64,000 nt of DNA from an uncultured delta proteobacterium (GCA_963769935.1 CAVYNY010000018.1:192001-256000), one strand, 5' to 3'; positions 1-11,122 are shown, counted from the first letter of the stretch. A program made the numbers and translations. The notes: a model not told the origin generated them from the letters alone.

Positions 1-626
1 TCACTGGGAGCCGGAACCGGTTCTTCCGGGGGCATCTTTTTAGGGTTTAACAGCTGCCCCCAGCGGGTAGCGGTGTAGGTGACGATCCCCGGCCGATTAT
101 CACCCTTCAGGTAGGGCAAGGTTTCTTCTTCCGCTCCGCGGTGGGCGGCATTGTAGCGGATGTGAAACAGGTCGAATTGTCCGTCACCTGCCATTTGCGG
201 AAAAAGGCCGCGATTGTGCCCCGACATCCCCAAAAAGCGGAACAAGCCTTTTTCCTTCAACGACAGCGCCCGCTCTACAAGCTTTTCGACCGGTCGGCGA
301 TTGTGCCAGCCGAGTATGAGAATATCGGCCTGTTCCAGGCCCATGGAGCGCAGGTTTTTTTTAAAAAAATATTCCATCAGCAAGCCGGACCGCGCGTAGC
401 TTTGGATGGCGACAACCATCTTATCCCGCCGGCCCTGTCCGCAAAGGTTGCGGATGGCCCGCTGCATGCCGGCTCTGTGCCGTCCGGAGCCCAAATAAAA
501 ATAATTGCATCCCTTGTCAAACGCCTCCTCGAATGCTTCAGCTGGTGCGCCGTAGCTGGCCGCCAATCCCAACGGCCCGACGTTTAAACCGGTAGCGCCC
601 AGAATTCGCTCTTCAAATGCCGCCAC
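1..626 (-). CDS. Aldo/keto reductase family protein (runs off window start; not in ORF track)
   Basis: Manual translation from GTG at 626 (GGGAG SD upstream): MAAFEERILGATGLNVGPLGLAASYG...ADILILGWHN...FRFLGMSGHNR...FHIRYNAAHRGAEEE, the AKR TIM-barrel pattern; open to position 1. Confidence 0.8.
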   Translation of the reverse strand, partial: MAAFEERILGATGLNVGPLGLAASYGAPAEAFEEAFDKGCNYFYLGSGRHRAGMQRAIRNLCGQGRRDKMVVAIQSYARSGLLMEYFFKKNLRSMGLEQADILILGWHNRRPVEKLVERALSLKEKGLFRFLGMSGHNRGLFPQMAGDGQFDLFHIRYNAAHRGAEEETLPYLKGDNRPGIVTYTATRWGQLLNPKKMPPEEPVPAPS

Positions 627-669
627 AAACAATCTCCCTGTTACCAAAGGTTTTTCAAAATCTCGGTCT

Positions 670-744
670 TGGAGTAATGAAACGTTGGAGTATTGGAGTA
701 TTGAAAAAAAGATACCGAACTTTTACCCATTACTCCAGCACTCC
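670..744. repeat. Palindromic element with 8-nt periodic TGGAGTAT arms (family A, copy 1)
   Basis: TGGAGTAATG (670-679) is the exact reverse complement of CATTACTCCA (728-737); tandem TTGGAGTA units; homologous to 13016-13100. Confidence 0.8.
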
Positions 745-769
745 GAGTTTAGTTAAAAGCATCAACCTA

Positions 770-2200
770 TCAACTATCAACCAGGGCAGGTTCTTTTTTC
801 GGAAGGACAACCGTAAATGTACTGCCTTTATTCAAAACGCTGGTAACGGTGATGTCTCCCCCATGGGCCCGGGCAATCGCCCGGGCGAAACTGAGACCCA
901 ACCCGGTGCCGGTCTGAGACCGGCTGGGGTCGCAGCGAAAGAAGCGCTCGAATATATGCGGCATGTCTGCGGCGGATAACCCGATGCCCGTATCTTTAAT
1001 AGTGATCTGAATTGACTGCCGGCCATCCGACCGCCCCGCAATGTTTATTTTCCCTCCCGCAGGCGTATATTTGACGGCATTGTCGAGCAGGTTGGATATC
1101 ATGCGCTGAATCATGCGGATATCCCCGTTGATGAAAAGCCGCTGGGGCGCATCGCAAACGAGGGACAATCCCTCGTTTTCCGCCATGGGCAGAAAAAGCT
1201 CGCAGGCGTCCCGCACCACCCGGGCAACATCCATCTCTTTACTTGCAAACTGACCTAAGCCGGCTTCGGTCTTGGATATAATCAGCATGGTGTTGATCAT
1301 ATCCAGCAGCCGATCACATTCCTCAATGGTATTGCCCGCCATGCCCTCATATTCTTTCAGGGAGGATCCGGTTGTCAGGGATACCTCGGCAATCCCGCGA
1401 ATTCGGGTAATGGGGCTTCTTAGATCGTGGGCGATGCTGTCGTTCATTTCTTTGATCTCGGTCACCAATTTTTGAATGCGATCCAGCATCTGGTTGAAGG
1501 TAATTGCCAGCTGATCAATTTCATCGACCTGCTTTTTAACGGGCACACGTTCATCCAGGCTGCGGTCTGATATCCGGCGAGCCGTCTGGATAACGCTGTC
1601 AACGCCGGCCAGCGCCCGTTTAGCCATAAACCAGCCAACGACTGCAGCGAAAACAAATAATACCCCCATCGTTGTCACAAATATTTTACGAAACGCCTCA
1701 ATAATGCGGGTATGGTTATCCATGGAACGGCCCAGCTGCAGAATCAAGCCGGGTCCGAGGCTGGCATACAGAATACGGACCTTATGCGTGCGATCCGGAA
1801 TACTGATGGAGTCGAAGACGGGTTGGTGATCGGAAAGCAGGCTTTTGATCGCAATTTTGCTTATTCCGATATCGCGCCAATAGGACATATTGGAAGAAGA
1901 AAACAACTGGCCGGTGATGTAGAGAAGCCGGAAAAAAACCTTCCTTTCCCCGCCGGCCTGAGCTTCTAAAAAAGCCTGATGTTTGAGCGCCTCAGCTCCC
2001 TGAGCCGCTAGAATGGACGAGAAGGTTCTGGCCTCGCTTAAAAGATCCTGGTCGGTTTGCTGCCGGATGACGGATGCAATCAGCAAATAAAAAAATAAAA
2101 AGGCCACACAGGCGGAAAGCATGAAAACACTCGCATACCACAAGGTCAGACGAAAGGCCAGGGTATGATAAATTTCATGCAGTCTCTTCTTTAAGGACAT
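770..2200 (-). CDS. HAMP sensor histidine kinase (CusS/heavy-metal-sensor-like)
   Basis: Two TM helices, HAMP domain, H-box IAHDLRSP, N-box NLLDNAVKY, G boxes DTGIG and GTGLGLS. Confidence 0.92.
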   Translation of the reverse strand: MSLKKRLHEIYHTLAFRLTLWYASVFMLSACVAFLFFYLLIASVIRQQTDQDLLSEARTFSSILAAQGAEALKHQAFLEAQAGGERKVFFRLLYITGQLFSSSNMSYWRDIGISKIAIKSLLSDHQPVFDSISIPDRTHKVRILYASLGPGLILQLGRSMDNHTRIIEAFRKIFVTTMGVLFVFAAVVGWFMAKRALAGVDSVIQTARRISDRSLDERVPVKKQVDEIDQLAITFNQMLDRIQKLVTEIKEMNDSIAHDLRSPITRIRGIAEVSLTTGSSLKEYEGMAGNTIEECDRLLDMINTMLIISKTEAGLGQFASKEMDVARVVRDACELFLPMAENEGLSLVCDAPQRLFINGDIRMIQRMISNLLDNAVKYTPAGGKINIAGRSDGRQSIQITIKDTGIGLSAADMPHIFERFFRCDPSRSQTGTGLGLSFARAIARAHGGDITVTSVLNKGSTFTVVLPKKEPALVDS

Positions 2201-2855
2201 AGCCCACTCCGCGGACGGTGTGAATCAGCCTGGCTGGAAACCCTTTGTCTATTTTTTCCCGCAGCTTGTAAATTCTGGATTCCACCACATTGGTTTGCGG
2301 ATCAAAGTAATAGTCCCAGACATGTTCCATAATCATGGTTTTGGAAACCACCCGCCCGGCATTGCGCATTAAATACTCCAGCAAAGAAAATTCCAGCGGC
2401 TGCAATTCAATCTTTTTGCCCGCACGAAAGACTTCCCGGCTGATCAGGTTCATCGTAATATCGGCTGCCGCGAGTTTGGTGGGCTCCTCCTGGTCGCTGC
2501 TGCGGCGGATCAAGGCCTGCACCCGGGCCAGCAGTTCGGAAAATGCAAACGGCTTGGTTAAATAGTCGTCACCGCCGATCTGCAGGCCTTTAACGCGGTC
2601 ATCCACCGACCCTTTGGCGCTTAAAATGATCACCGGAAATTTTATTTTCCCCCGGCGCATTTCTTCGATCAACGACAGACCGTCCTTTTGCGGAAGCATG
2701 ATATCAATGATACCCGCAGCATAGGGTTCGGTCAAGGCCAGATGCAATCCGTCCACACCGTTGGGGGCATGATCGACGGCAAAACCTTCAGCTTTAAGTC
2801 CCTTGGTGATAAAAGAGGCAATCTTGGTATCGTCTTCCACCAGCAATATTCTCAT
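2175..2855 (-). CDS. OmpR-family response regulator (CusR/CopR-like)
   Basis: MRILLVEDD, DIMLP, DYLTKPF, winged-helix C-terminus HTVRGVGY; overlaps the kinase start. Confidence 0.93.
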   Translation of the reverse strand: MRILLVEDDTKIASFITKGLKAEGFAVDHAPNGVDGLHLALTEPYAAGIIDIMLPQKDGLSLIEEMRRGKIKFPVIILSAKGSVDDRVKGLQIGGDDYLTKPFAFSELLARVQALIRRSSDQEEPTKLAAADITMNLISREVFRAGKKIELQPLEFSLLEYLMRNAGRVVSKTMIMEHVWDYYFDPQTNVVESRIYKLREKIDKGFPARLIHTVRGVGYVLKEETA

Positions 2856-2870
2856 GGTTTGTCCTTTGTG

Positions 2871-3794
2871 CTAAGCCCGGAGGCGTCCGGTGATGGCAAC
2901 CCAATCTTCTTCGGCAGCCGTCTCTAAAATTTCAAATTTCAATTTTTCCATCGCGGCTGACACAGCATTCTTATTCTCCTGGATAATTCCCGAACCCACA
3001 AAAATTCCGCCGGCAGTGAGCAATCTTGGAATATCGTCCAGCAATTTCAAAACCACATGGGAATAAATATTGGCGACAATAAAATTAAACGACCCGCTGA
3101 TTTGAGCGCCAAGATTGCCGGCCGTCAAAAGGAATGACTGCGGGTCGACGCGGTTTAATTTTAAATTTTCAGCGGCAACACCAAGCGCGACCTCATCTTT
3201 ATCGACACCGCAGAGTCTGCCGGCTCCCAACTTGGCGGCGGCAATCATCAGGATTCCGGAGCCGGTTCCGACATCCAGAAAAGAATCCCCCCGGCTCAGA
3301 TATTTTTCAATCATGTTCAGGCAAAGGGCTGTGGTCGGATGGGTCCCGGTGCCGAAGGCCATGCCGGGATCCAGTTCGATTACAATGTCGTCGGCGGCAG
3401 CCCGATAGTTCCGCCAGGTCGGTTTCACCACCAAACGGGCGCCGATTTTCCGGGGCCAGAAATAGGCTTTCCAGGCCTGGGCCCAGTCTTGCTCATCTAA
3501 TTCGCGATAGCTGATTCGGTAAACAATGTGCAGTTGATGCCTTAACTGCCGCAGCCGTTCCTGCAATATTTTGCAGCGCGCCTCAGTCCGGCCGTCCTGG
3601 TGTATATAACCGGTTACGGCATGCTGCCCGGGCCGGCCGATCGCGTCCTCGGCCCAGTCTTCCTCCGGTTCGATATCCGGATCTTCCACCGCAACTCCCT
3701 GCAGCCCTAAATCGTAAAACACATTGGCTATCAGGTCGGCAGCCAGATCGTTGTCGGTGTGATCAAAAACTATTTTGGCTTCGATCCATTTCAT
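2871..3794 (-). CDS. prmA: Ribosomal protein L11 methyltransferase
   Basis: DWAQAWKAYF, LDPGMAFGTGTHPTT, LDVGTGSGIL and VANI motifs. Confidence 0.95.
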   Translation of the reverse strand: MKWIEAKIVFDHTDNDLAADLIANVFYDLGLQGVAVEDPDIEPEEDWAEDAIGRPGQHAVTGYIHQDGRTEARCKILQERLRQLRHQLHIVYRISYRELDEQDWAQAWKAYFWPRKIGARLVVKPTWRNYRAAADDIVIELDPGMAFGTGTHPTTALCLNMIEKYLSRGDSFLDVGTGSGILMIAAAKLGAGRLCGVDKDEVALGVAAENLKLNRVDPQSFLLTAGNLGAQISGSFNFIVANIYSHVVLKLLDDIPRLLTAGGIFVGSGIIQENKNAVSAAMEKLKFEILETAAEEDWVAITGRLRA

Positions 3795-3811
3795 GATTTT
3801 TCACTAACTAT

Positions 3812-3838
3812 TTGACATTAAAAAATAATAACTATAAT
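3812..3838 (+). promoter_or_regulatory. Sigma70-like promoter upstream of the Ada/AlkA gene
   Basis: TTGACA (3812-3817) and TATAAT (3833-3838); both hexamers match consensus but the spacer is only 15 nt. Confidence 0.45.
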
Positions 3839-3875
3839 TTCAAGGAAATTTAATGAAACAACCGGGGCACTTATA

Positions 3876-4952
3876 TTGAAAAATGAAAAATTAATCGGTG
3901 TCAAAACAACGAAAGTTTATTGTTTGCCGTCCTGTCCGGCCCGAGCACCGCTGCCGCAAAATGTTGTTAGGTTTGATACCGCCGCGCAGGCTGAGCGCAG
4001 CGGTTTTCGCCCCTGCAAACGCTGTTTTCCGGATTTTCCTTACGGCAAATGGCTCGATGAAAATTCGTCGGTCTTATTGATTCCGCCCCGGGAGTTTGAT
4101 TTCTTGCAGTGCCTGAAATTTCTTGCCCGGTCACCCCAGGAGCCCTGCCACCTGGTTGAAAAGAACATCCTTTACAAATTAGAAAAATTTGAAGGGCGGC
4201 CGGTCTTAATCAAAATCCAGGGACGCAACAATAAATTTATTTGCATTGATTTTTTAACCCCCCGCCCCCAAAAATCCATCCGGGCCCGGGTAGCGAAATA
4301 TGTCTGGCATTGGTTCGACCTGGATACCGATCTGAAACCATTCTACCGGATGGCCCAAAAAGATCCGGTGCTGTATAATCTCGTGCAGGATTTTTACGGT
4401 CTCAGGATTTTAACTATTTCAGACCTGTTCGAAGCCGTAAGTTGGGCCATCATGGGACAACACATAAATCTGGCCTTTGCCTACACCCTTAAAAAGCGCT
4501 TTGTGGAATCTTATGGCGAAAAATATTGTTTTGATAAAAAACAATATTACCTATTTCCGACGCCGCAGGTCATTTCACAGCTAACCGTTGGGGAATTAAA
4601 AGGTCTGCAATTCACCGCAAAAAAGTCGGAGTATATCATTGAGCTGGCAATTAAGATGACGGCCGGTGATTTATCCAAAAAAAGTCTGCTCGCTGAAGAC
4701 GGATTTAATACAGCCGGCAGAAGATTAATGCAGTTGAACGGTGTCGGCCAATGGACCGCGGATTATGTCGGCTTACGATGCTTGAGGGACCCGGCCGCGT
4801 TGCCCGTCGGTGATGTCGGTCTGCAAAATGCCGTCAAACAGCAGTTGGGGTTAAACCAAAAACCGACGGCCGAGGACCTCAGCAAATTTTCAGACCGCTG
4901 GCAGAACTGGCAGGCATATGCCACCTTTTACCTGTGGGCCTCCCTGATATAA
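3876..4952 (+). CDS. alkA: DNA-3-methyladenine glycosylase II (AlkA, HhH-GPD) with N-terminal Ada Zn-binding domain
   Basis: N-terminal GVKTTKVYCLPSC...GFRPCKRC; HhH LNGVGQWTADY, PVGD, WQAYATFYLW. Confidence 0.85.
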   Translation: MKNEKLIGVKTTKVYCLPSCPARAPLPQNVVRFDTAAQAERSGFRPCKRCFPDFPYGKWLDENSSVLLIPPREFDFLQCLKFLARSPQEPCHLVEKNILYKLEKFEGRPVLIKIQGRNNKFICIDFLTPRPQKSIRARVAKYVWHWFDLDTDLKPFYRMAQKDPVLYNLVQDFYGLRILTISDLFEAVSWAIMGQHINLAFAYTLKKRFVESYGEKYCFDKKQYYLFPTPQVISQLTVGELKGLQFTAKKSEYIIELAIKMTAGDLSKKSLLAEDGFNTAGRRLMQLNGVGQWTADYVGLRCLRDPAALPVGDVGLQNAVKQQLGLNQKPTAEDLSKFSDRWQNWQAYATFYLWASLI

Positions 4953-4987
4953 AAAATTCAGCGCCCCAATAAAAATTTTATTCAGAA

Positions 4988-5713
4988 TCACTTGCTTCCG
5001 AAAACCTTCTTGAGCAGATCCGTTACCTGCGCGGCCGGGTCCTGACGGATCTTTTTTTCTTCTTCCGCCAGCATAACAAACAACCCGCTGAGGGACTTGT
5101 CGGTTACGTATTGGTCCAGATCAAAGCTCATGCGGTCGGCGAAAGGGATGGTTTTTATTTTGTCGTCTATCGATTGATAGCTGCGGGTAACGCCGACCTC
5201 GGACATGGCCTGGTGGATAGTGGGTTTAAAAATCTCCTTCAGACGTCCTGAGGTTTTGTCCTGAAAATACTTAGTCGCGGCATTATCCGGGCCATCAAGG
5301 ATCTGGCGGGCATCGGTAAAGGACATCTGCTTGATGGCATCCAAAAAAATGGTTTTGGCCTCCGGAGCTGCGCGCTCTGCCGCTCTGTTCATGCTTAGTT
5401 CAAATTCGTCTACCTGGCTGCCGAAACCGGTAGCCCGCAGGAGACTCTCGACTTTCTTGACATTCTCCGGCAAGGGAATTTTTATCTTTGGATTTTTAAA
5501 ATACCCGTTGGTTTTGGACACGATGGTGACGGCGTTGCCGGTACCGACTTCAAGGGCCTGCTTAAGACCGTCGACGATTTCATTCTCGCTAAGCCCATTT
5601 CCCCCGCCGACTTGTTTGACTGTTTCCTTGAGCCAATCCTGAAATCCGGCCTCAACCGGCGGGCCGTAACTCAATACAAAAAGCAAACTAAAAATAAAAA
5701 TCCTCGATCTCAT
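4988..5713 (-). CDS. DUF4197 family exported protein
   Basis: Signal peptide; GLKQAL..G...KIPLP, MNRAAE.AAPEAK.IF, DLDQYVT...LF..LAEEEKKIRQDP. Confidence 0.85.
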   Translation of the reverse strand: MRSRIFIFSLLFVLSYGPPVEAGFQDWLKETVKQVGGGNGLSENEIVDGLKQALEVGTGNAVTIVSKTNGYFKNPKIKIPLPENVKKVESLLRATGFGSQVDEFELSMNRAAERAAPEAKTIFLDAIKQMSFTDARQILDGPDNAATKYFQDKTSGRLKEIFKPTIHQAMSEVGVTRSYQSIDDKIKTIPFADRMSFDLDQYVTDKSLSGLFVMLAEEEKKIRQDPAAQVTDLLKKVFGSK

Positions 5714-5936
5714 ATGGCCTCCCGCCTGTTAAAATATAATATACCGCAGTCCTATTCTGAAGAAATTTTCCGGTAAAAACCTGTCAGGCCATTATAATAA
5801 GCATGATAAATTCCAAGACAATTTGTCAGGCCGGATTCCGGCGCCGGTCTGCATGACGGCGCCGTGCAGCATCGGCGGACGCTCGGCACTGCAGGTGTGG
5901 AGAGAATAGATCCGGCGGCAGGCAACGGGTAGATAT

Positions 5937-6403
5937 TCAAGCAGCGGATAGCTGGTGGATCAAATGAAACATGCTCACCAGCGAACCGCCGTCTACCGAC
6001 AGGTTCTCGCCGGTGACATAGCTCGAATCATCGGAAGCCAGAAAGACCGCGGCTTTGCCGATTTCTTCCGGCTGCCCGTACCGGTTCATTGGAATGCCGC
6101 GGTTCCTGGCCTCGAGAAGCTCCGGAGTTGAATAAATTTCTTTTTGAAGCGGAGTCACTACAGGTCCGGGACTGTCTTTTGAATTAGCCGGCTGACATCC
6201 GTCTTCCGGGACACATCCGCTTCAACCGTCAAGGCCCGGCTCCCCAACTTGCGTATCTTATCGGCAACGGCATCGGCCAAGTTTTTATTTTTCTGATAAT
6301 TGACAACGATATCGGCACCTTCTTCGGCAAATTTCAGGGCAATGCCGCTGCCGATACCTTGGCTTGAACCCGTAACGATTGCCACTTTTCCCTTTAGCTT
6401 CAT
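5937..6403 (-). pseudogene. SDR oxidoreductase with internal deletion
   Basis: N-terminus MKLKGKVAIVTGSSQGIG...KTV is joined out of frame at ~6170 to C-terminus SPGPVVTP...GQPEEIGKAAVFLASDDSSYVTGENLSVDGG; the NNAG and YxxxK core is missing. Confidence 0.85.
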
Positions 6404-6425
6404 CTTTTGCGCTTTCATAATTAAT

Positions 6426-7748
6426 TTATTTATTATTGCCAAATTTTTCCTTCGGTGGATTGAAATAGCCGAATTTGAGCTTGGGAAATCGGGTCTGGAT
6501 TCCATTTAGCAAATTTTCCATCCCGATGGGATCGCCATGGTCTGCAACCGCATTCATTTTCTTCCAGTATCGAATCGGATCGAAATTCAGGTTGCGCCAT
6601 TGAATCATGTGGATCGGGTATTTTTGCAAAAAGCCGGCCAAGGCGTCGCTTTCAGGGAGGGTGTCGGTAAAGCCCGGGCTGTTGAGATAATTTATAGCGA
6701 CAAATTTCCTGCGCTCCAGTGCAGTTTCGATGCTTTGCAACACATCGGCAAAACGGTAGCCCCGGGGCCGAAAGTAGGCATTATAGCATTTCTCCCGAAC
6801 ACTGTTCAGGCTGACGCGCACGCTGTCCAGTCCTGCGTCGAAAAGTTGTGCCAGAATCTCGGGCCGCCCGCCGTTGGTGTTCATATTAATGGTCCCGTCC
6901 GCCGTTTGTGAGCGAATTTGACGGATGGCCGGTTCAATTGCTTCAGCGGCCAGCAAGGGATCTCCCTCGCACCCCTGGCCGAAACTGACAACGCTTTTTT
7001 TGACGCGCGTGATGTGGGCTAAGGCAACCTGGGCGATTTCTTCCGGGGTCGGCGTGAAGGCGATGCGAGCCTGGCTATGGGAAATGCCGGTATTTTTCTG
7101 CAGCGACAAACACCCCAGACAGCGCGCATTGCACTGTCTGGCAGTCGGCAGCGGTGCTTCATAGCGGCCCAGAAAAAAATTTTTCCCGGCCGGACATCCA
7201 TATTGCAGGGCACATTTTTCTAAATGCCGGCACAATCTATTCGCCGGCAACTGCCGGCGCATTTTTTCCACACCGGCAATTATGTCCTGCGGTTTCATCT
7301 GACGCAGATCCTGGCGCGGCTCCGGGTCCACCAGCACAACGGCTGTTCGAAAAGTGCCCTGGTGCCATCCCACGGCTCCATACGAAAACAGGGGCAGATA
7401 CCCGGCATTGCGGGTCTCCCGGTAAGCACTGATATGGGTTATGACGTAACCGGGAGAATTAAACGCCGCCACCGGAAATAGGGCTTCGCCGGGGGCATGT
7501 GGATTTTCCTGCAAAGTCTCAAATCTGCCGCTCTGCAAATTATACAGGATCGGGTGGCGGTCGGGTAAATACATCAGTTCACTGCCGAACGGCAGATTGC
7601 GGGATGTCTTTGCCTTCAACGGGACCAGTGTTTTGCCGGCCATGCCCACGGATGCGTACCCTTCCAGCTCAAAAATCTCACCGGCCCGGTTAGCCACCAC
7701 AGCGGTCAGCATTGAATTTGATTTTGTGTCTGATTGTCTTTTGACCAC
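6426..7748 (-). CDS. Radical SAM protein of unknown function (start may be ATG 7712)
   Basis: CNARCLGC (CxxxCxxC), SFGQGCEGDP, NMNTNG, SVRVSLNS. Confidence 0.88.
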   Translation of the reverse strand: MVKRQSDTKSNSMLTAVVANRAGEIFELEGYASVGMAGKTLVPLKAKTSRNLPFGSELMYLPDRHPILYNLQSGRFETLQENPHAPGEALFPVAAFNSPGYVITHISAYRETRNAGYLPLFSYGAVGWHQGTFRTAVVLVDPEPRQDLRQMKPQDIIAGVEKMRRQLPANRLCRHLEKCALQYGCPAGKNFFLGRYEAPLPTARQCNARCLGCLSLQKNTGISHSQARIAFTPTPEEIAQVALAHITRVKKSVVSFGQGCEGDPLLAAEAIEPAIRQIRSQTADGTINMNTNGGRPEILAQLFDAGLDSVRVSLNSVREKCYNAYFRPRGYRFADVLQSIETALERRKFVAINYLNSPGFTDTLPESDALAGFLQKYPIHMIQWRNLNFDPIRYWKKMNAVADHGDPIGMENLLNGIQTRFPKLKFGYFNPPKEKFGNNK

Positions 7749-7818
7749 TTAAACTTTAACACCAAAATCTAGGTTTTTAGCCTTCCAGCTTTCTTGCCTC
7801 CCAGCCTCAAGCTTACTC

Positions 7819-10783
7819 TTATAGATAAATCACGCAGCGTTTGCCGCGTCCATCTACTTTCAACACAAACGGCTTGCCAAGGTTAACATGCGCCACAAAT
7901 TCCGTTTCGTCGATTATGGGAAGCGACGTCAGCCAGCTCCAATTCAAAAAATCTTCTTTGGAATTGGTCACCGTGATGTAGTTGATGCCCAGGGTTGAGA
8001 TGTTGTGGAAAAAGTGCGAGCCCTGCGAAGGTTCGGCTTTCAGTTCCGCGGAGGCGGTTTCAACCATGGCGCCGACCCCGCAAATTTCAGCCCATCTTAC
8101 CGGAATTCCCAGCCAGCGGTCGGCCGACCCCCACCTGCCCGGACCTATAAGAAGGTATTTTTTTCCTTCCCGCAGCAGGCCGGCGTTGAGCACACCGATC
8201 TCACGTGCAATATCCGGTGTGCGGACGGCATCGAAGGCAGCCGGTTTTACGTAGATGATGTCCGCCATATCGGTTTTCTCAGCGTTGCCTAGAGCATGGA
8301 AGGAACGGCAAAATGCACGGGCAGCTTCGGCCTCGCTGATTTCCACCTGCCCGAGTTCCGCCCGGGCGGTCATCGGCCTGAGCTGCAGGAGGGCGAATTC
8401 CGGCCTGCGTTCGGGATCGGACGGCCAGTTGACCGAAAATTCAAGCTCTACCGGACACCCCATGCCTTCCTCACCGATTTTCAATACATCGGAAAGCAGG
8501 TCGGCCAGCGGAAACGAATCATATTTTAATACCTGGGCAAAGGTCAGCACCCGGAATCCGGGAATGCTGGTGGTATCCCGCATGCGATGCTCTTCCGGAA
8601 TGTAGGTGCTGGCCAGCATTTTCATCGGCGGTTCATCGGCAACATCGTCGACCTCGCGCTTGGCAAGGTTGGCATCCTCATTAATCCCCAGTTCAGGATA
8701 GGGGCCTCCCATTTTCAGTGAAAAGAAGAACCGCTGGGAGTTTTCAAGAATATCATCGACGCTGGTCCGCTGCGGCAGGATCTGCGGATATTTGGGTGAA
8801 AAGCGCAGGGCCTTTTCGCCTTCCATGACGGTCTTGCCCAGCCCAAGGGCAATGGTGGCAATTCCTTCTTCGGGCTGCATTTTAGAAAACGGATAGTAGT
8901 TGTGCGATTGGGCAACCCCTGATATGGCCGGGTAGAAGTAATCACCATATCTTTCGCCGACCAGTTGCTGTATGATAACCGCCATCCGCTCTTCTTCCGT
9001 ACGCTGGCCGACTCGCTGGGAAAAGGCCTTGGGGCTTTGAAAATAAGTGGAAGCGTATACCAGCTTGATGGCATTAATCAACTGATCCAATCTCGTTGCA
9101 GGTTCCGGGTGATCATTGGGCAGCATATATGTGCGGTAAAGACCGGCGTATGCTCGAAATTGGGCGTCTTCCAGCAGGCTGGATGAGCGCACGGCCAGCG
9201 GATACGTTATCTTTGCCAGGTACGCCTGCAGATCGTCGGCGATCCACTGGGGAAAAGCGGCTTTGCGAAACATTTCGGCGACCTCTTCATCGGGGGCCTC
9301 CGATTTGGAAAGCCCCTTCAGATTGTTTTCCTCCACAAAGGCATTAAATCCCTCGGTGGTGATGACCATGGTCTGGGGAATAAAAATGGTGATGTTTTCA
9401 TGTTTTTTATGAATCGCGGGAAGGCGCTGCAGCAGGTTGGATACAAACGCCAGCCCCCGGGCCTTGCCTCCCAGGGACCCCTTGCCGATCTTGAAAAATT
9501 CCGTATCGAGATCAAAATCGCCGGCCTCGAAGTTCACGACGATCCCTTTTTGCCGCCGGCTGCGCCGGGCCTGAATAATGGAGATGAGATATTGCCGATG
9601 ATTTTCGGCATTTTCGAAATCATCACTTCTTATCGGCCTGACCTTGGATGCCAGCATGATTTCAGTGCGGGCAAAGAGCCATCTGGAAATATCGTTGCGG
9701 CTGGTATGATACCGGAAGGATTCTAGCCGGAATTTGTTGCAGCATATTCTCAAGGCCATGGGTGTTGGAAGCACGGGCGATTTCGCGGCCGTCGGGCATC
9801 CGGAAAACGAAATCGCCGAAGCCAAGCTGCTCCAGAAAAAAGGACCGCACCTCGGCAATCAGCGTCGGCGAATTTTTGTCGACAAAAGAGGCCGGAATGG
9901 CGCGTGCTTTGCCGGCGTTGGATGATTCCGAGCTGGTGAGCAGAAGCGGAATGTCGAAACGCTCTTTTTTAATTTTGGAAAGAAACGCCACCCCGGCGTT
10001 ATCGTCGAGTTTGCCGTTGCGCGGAAAGCGCACGTCGGATATTACCCCCAGCACATAAGGCTCATACATCTGGTAGAGGTCCATGGCTTCTTCGAAATTG
10101 CGGCCCACCAGAATTTTCGGGCGGGCGCGCATGGTCAGCAGACGGTGCTCATCGTTGAGCCCTTCCTCTAGAACCGACTGGGTCTGGCTCACCAGCTCGC
10201 GATAAAGCACGGGCAGCAGGATTGATATATAAACCGGCGAATCCTCCACAAAAAGAATCACCCGAATGCCGGCGGATGCCGTATCATGGTCCACATTCAT
10301 CCGGTCCTCCGCACTTTTGACCAGAGAAACAAGAATATCCGTGTCACCGGACCAGACGAACGTGCGGTCAATGCCGGAAGGCTGGGTAAATACCCGGCTG
10401 GATTCGTCGGCGGGCAGCACGCTGTGGGTCAAAAGAATCACCGGCAAATCCGGATCTTTCTTTTTTATTTCCTGGCCCAATACAAAGGCATCCATATCGG
10501 CCAGACGGAGCATGGTGATCACCATATCAAAATTTTTTTCATCCAGGGCGGCCAGTGCTTCTTCCGCCGTAGCAACCCAGGTGAACCGGGGCGGGTTGCT
10601 GAGGTTCAATCCGCGGTATTCATTGATAATCCGTTCGGAGAGGCGGCAGTCTTCCTCCATAATCCAGGCATCATAGGGCGTGGAAACCAGCAGGATGTCC
10701 CTGATTTTCTTGGCCATCAACTCATGAAAAATCTTGAAAGAGGGGTCAAAATCTTCGGCAAAGCTGTCAATTGGAAGCGTCAC
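7819..10783 (-). CDS. Receiver-like domains fused to a PEP/pyruvate-binding (PPDK_N-like) domain; +1 frameshift at ~9725
   Basis: ORFs 9662-10783 and 7819-9858 join at LQQIP/ESFRYH; GSLGGKARGL, AVRSSSLLED, ALGLGKTV, GPGRWGS, PSQGSHFFHN. Confidence 0.82.
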
Positions 10784-11122
10784 GTAAAATTTTTCCTTAA
10801 TTAATCCGCCCTAAAAAATAGTGAATCCAGAGGGGTAAATAGTAATAAAAAAACTGAAGAATTTTATTAGAACGAAGCTCCGGCGGCCTAATTACCTTAT
10901 GCTGCGCATTTTTTATTTTTTTGCTGTTCAGTCCAAAGTGGTATAATTAATTATGAATTTCCAATCTAAAATATGGCATATACATTACACATTTTCCGTT
11001 CTTGCTGCAATCTTTTCACAACATTAAATACACATCATGCTGGGAATCTCAATAATTTTACCTAAAATGATTATCACGGAGGAATGGTAAGTTTAGGACT
11101 TGACTGTTAAAATGACCATGGT

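Noticed and set aside
670..744. Periodic repeats as a CRISPR array
   Set aside because: Units are 7-9 nt without unique spacers, and there are no cas genes
141..979. Plus-strand ORFs 141-587 and 617-979
   Set aside because: Antisense to the aldo/keto reductase and kinase; the second reads through a repeat element
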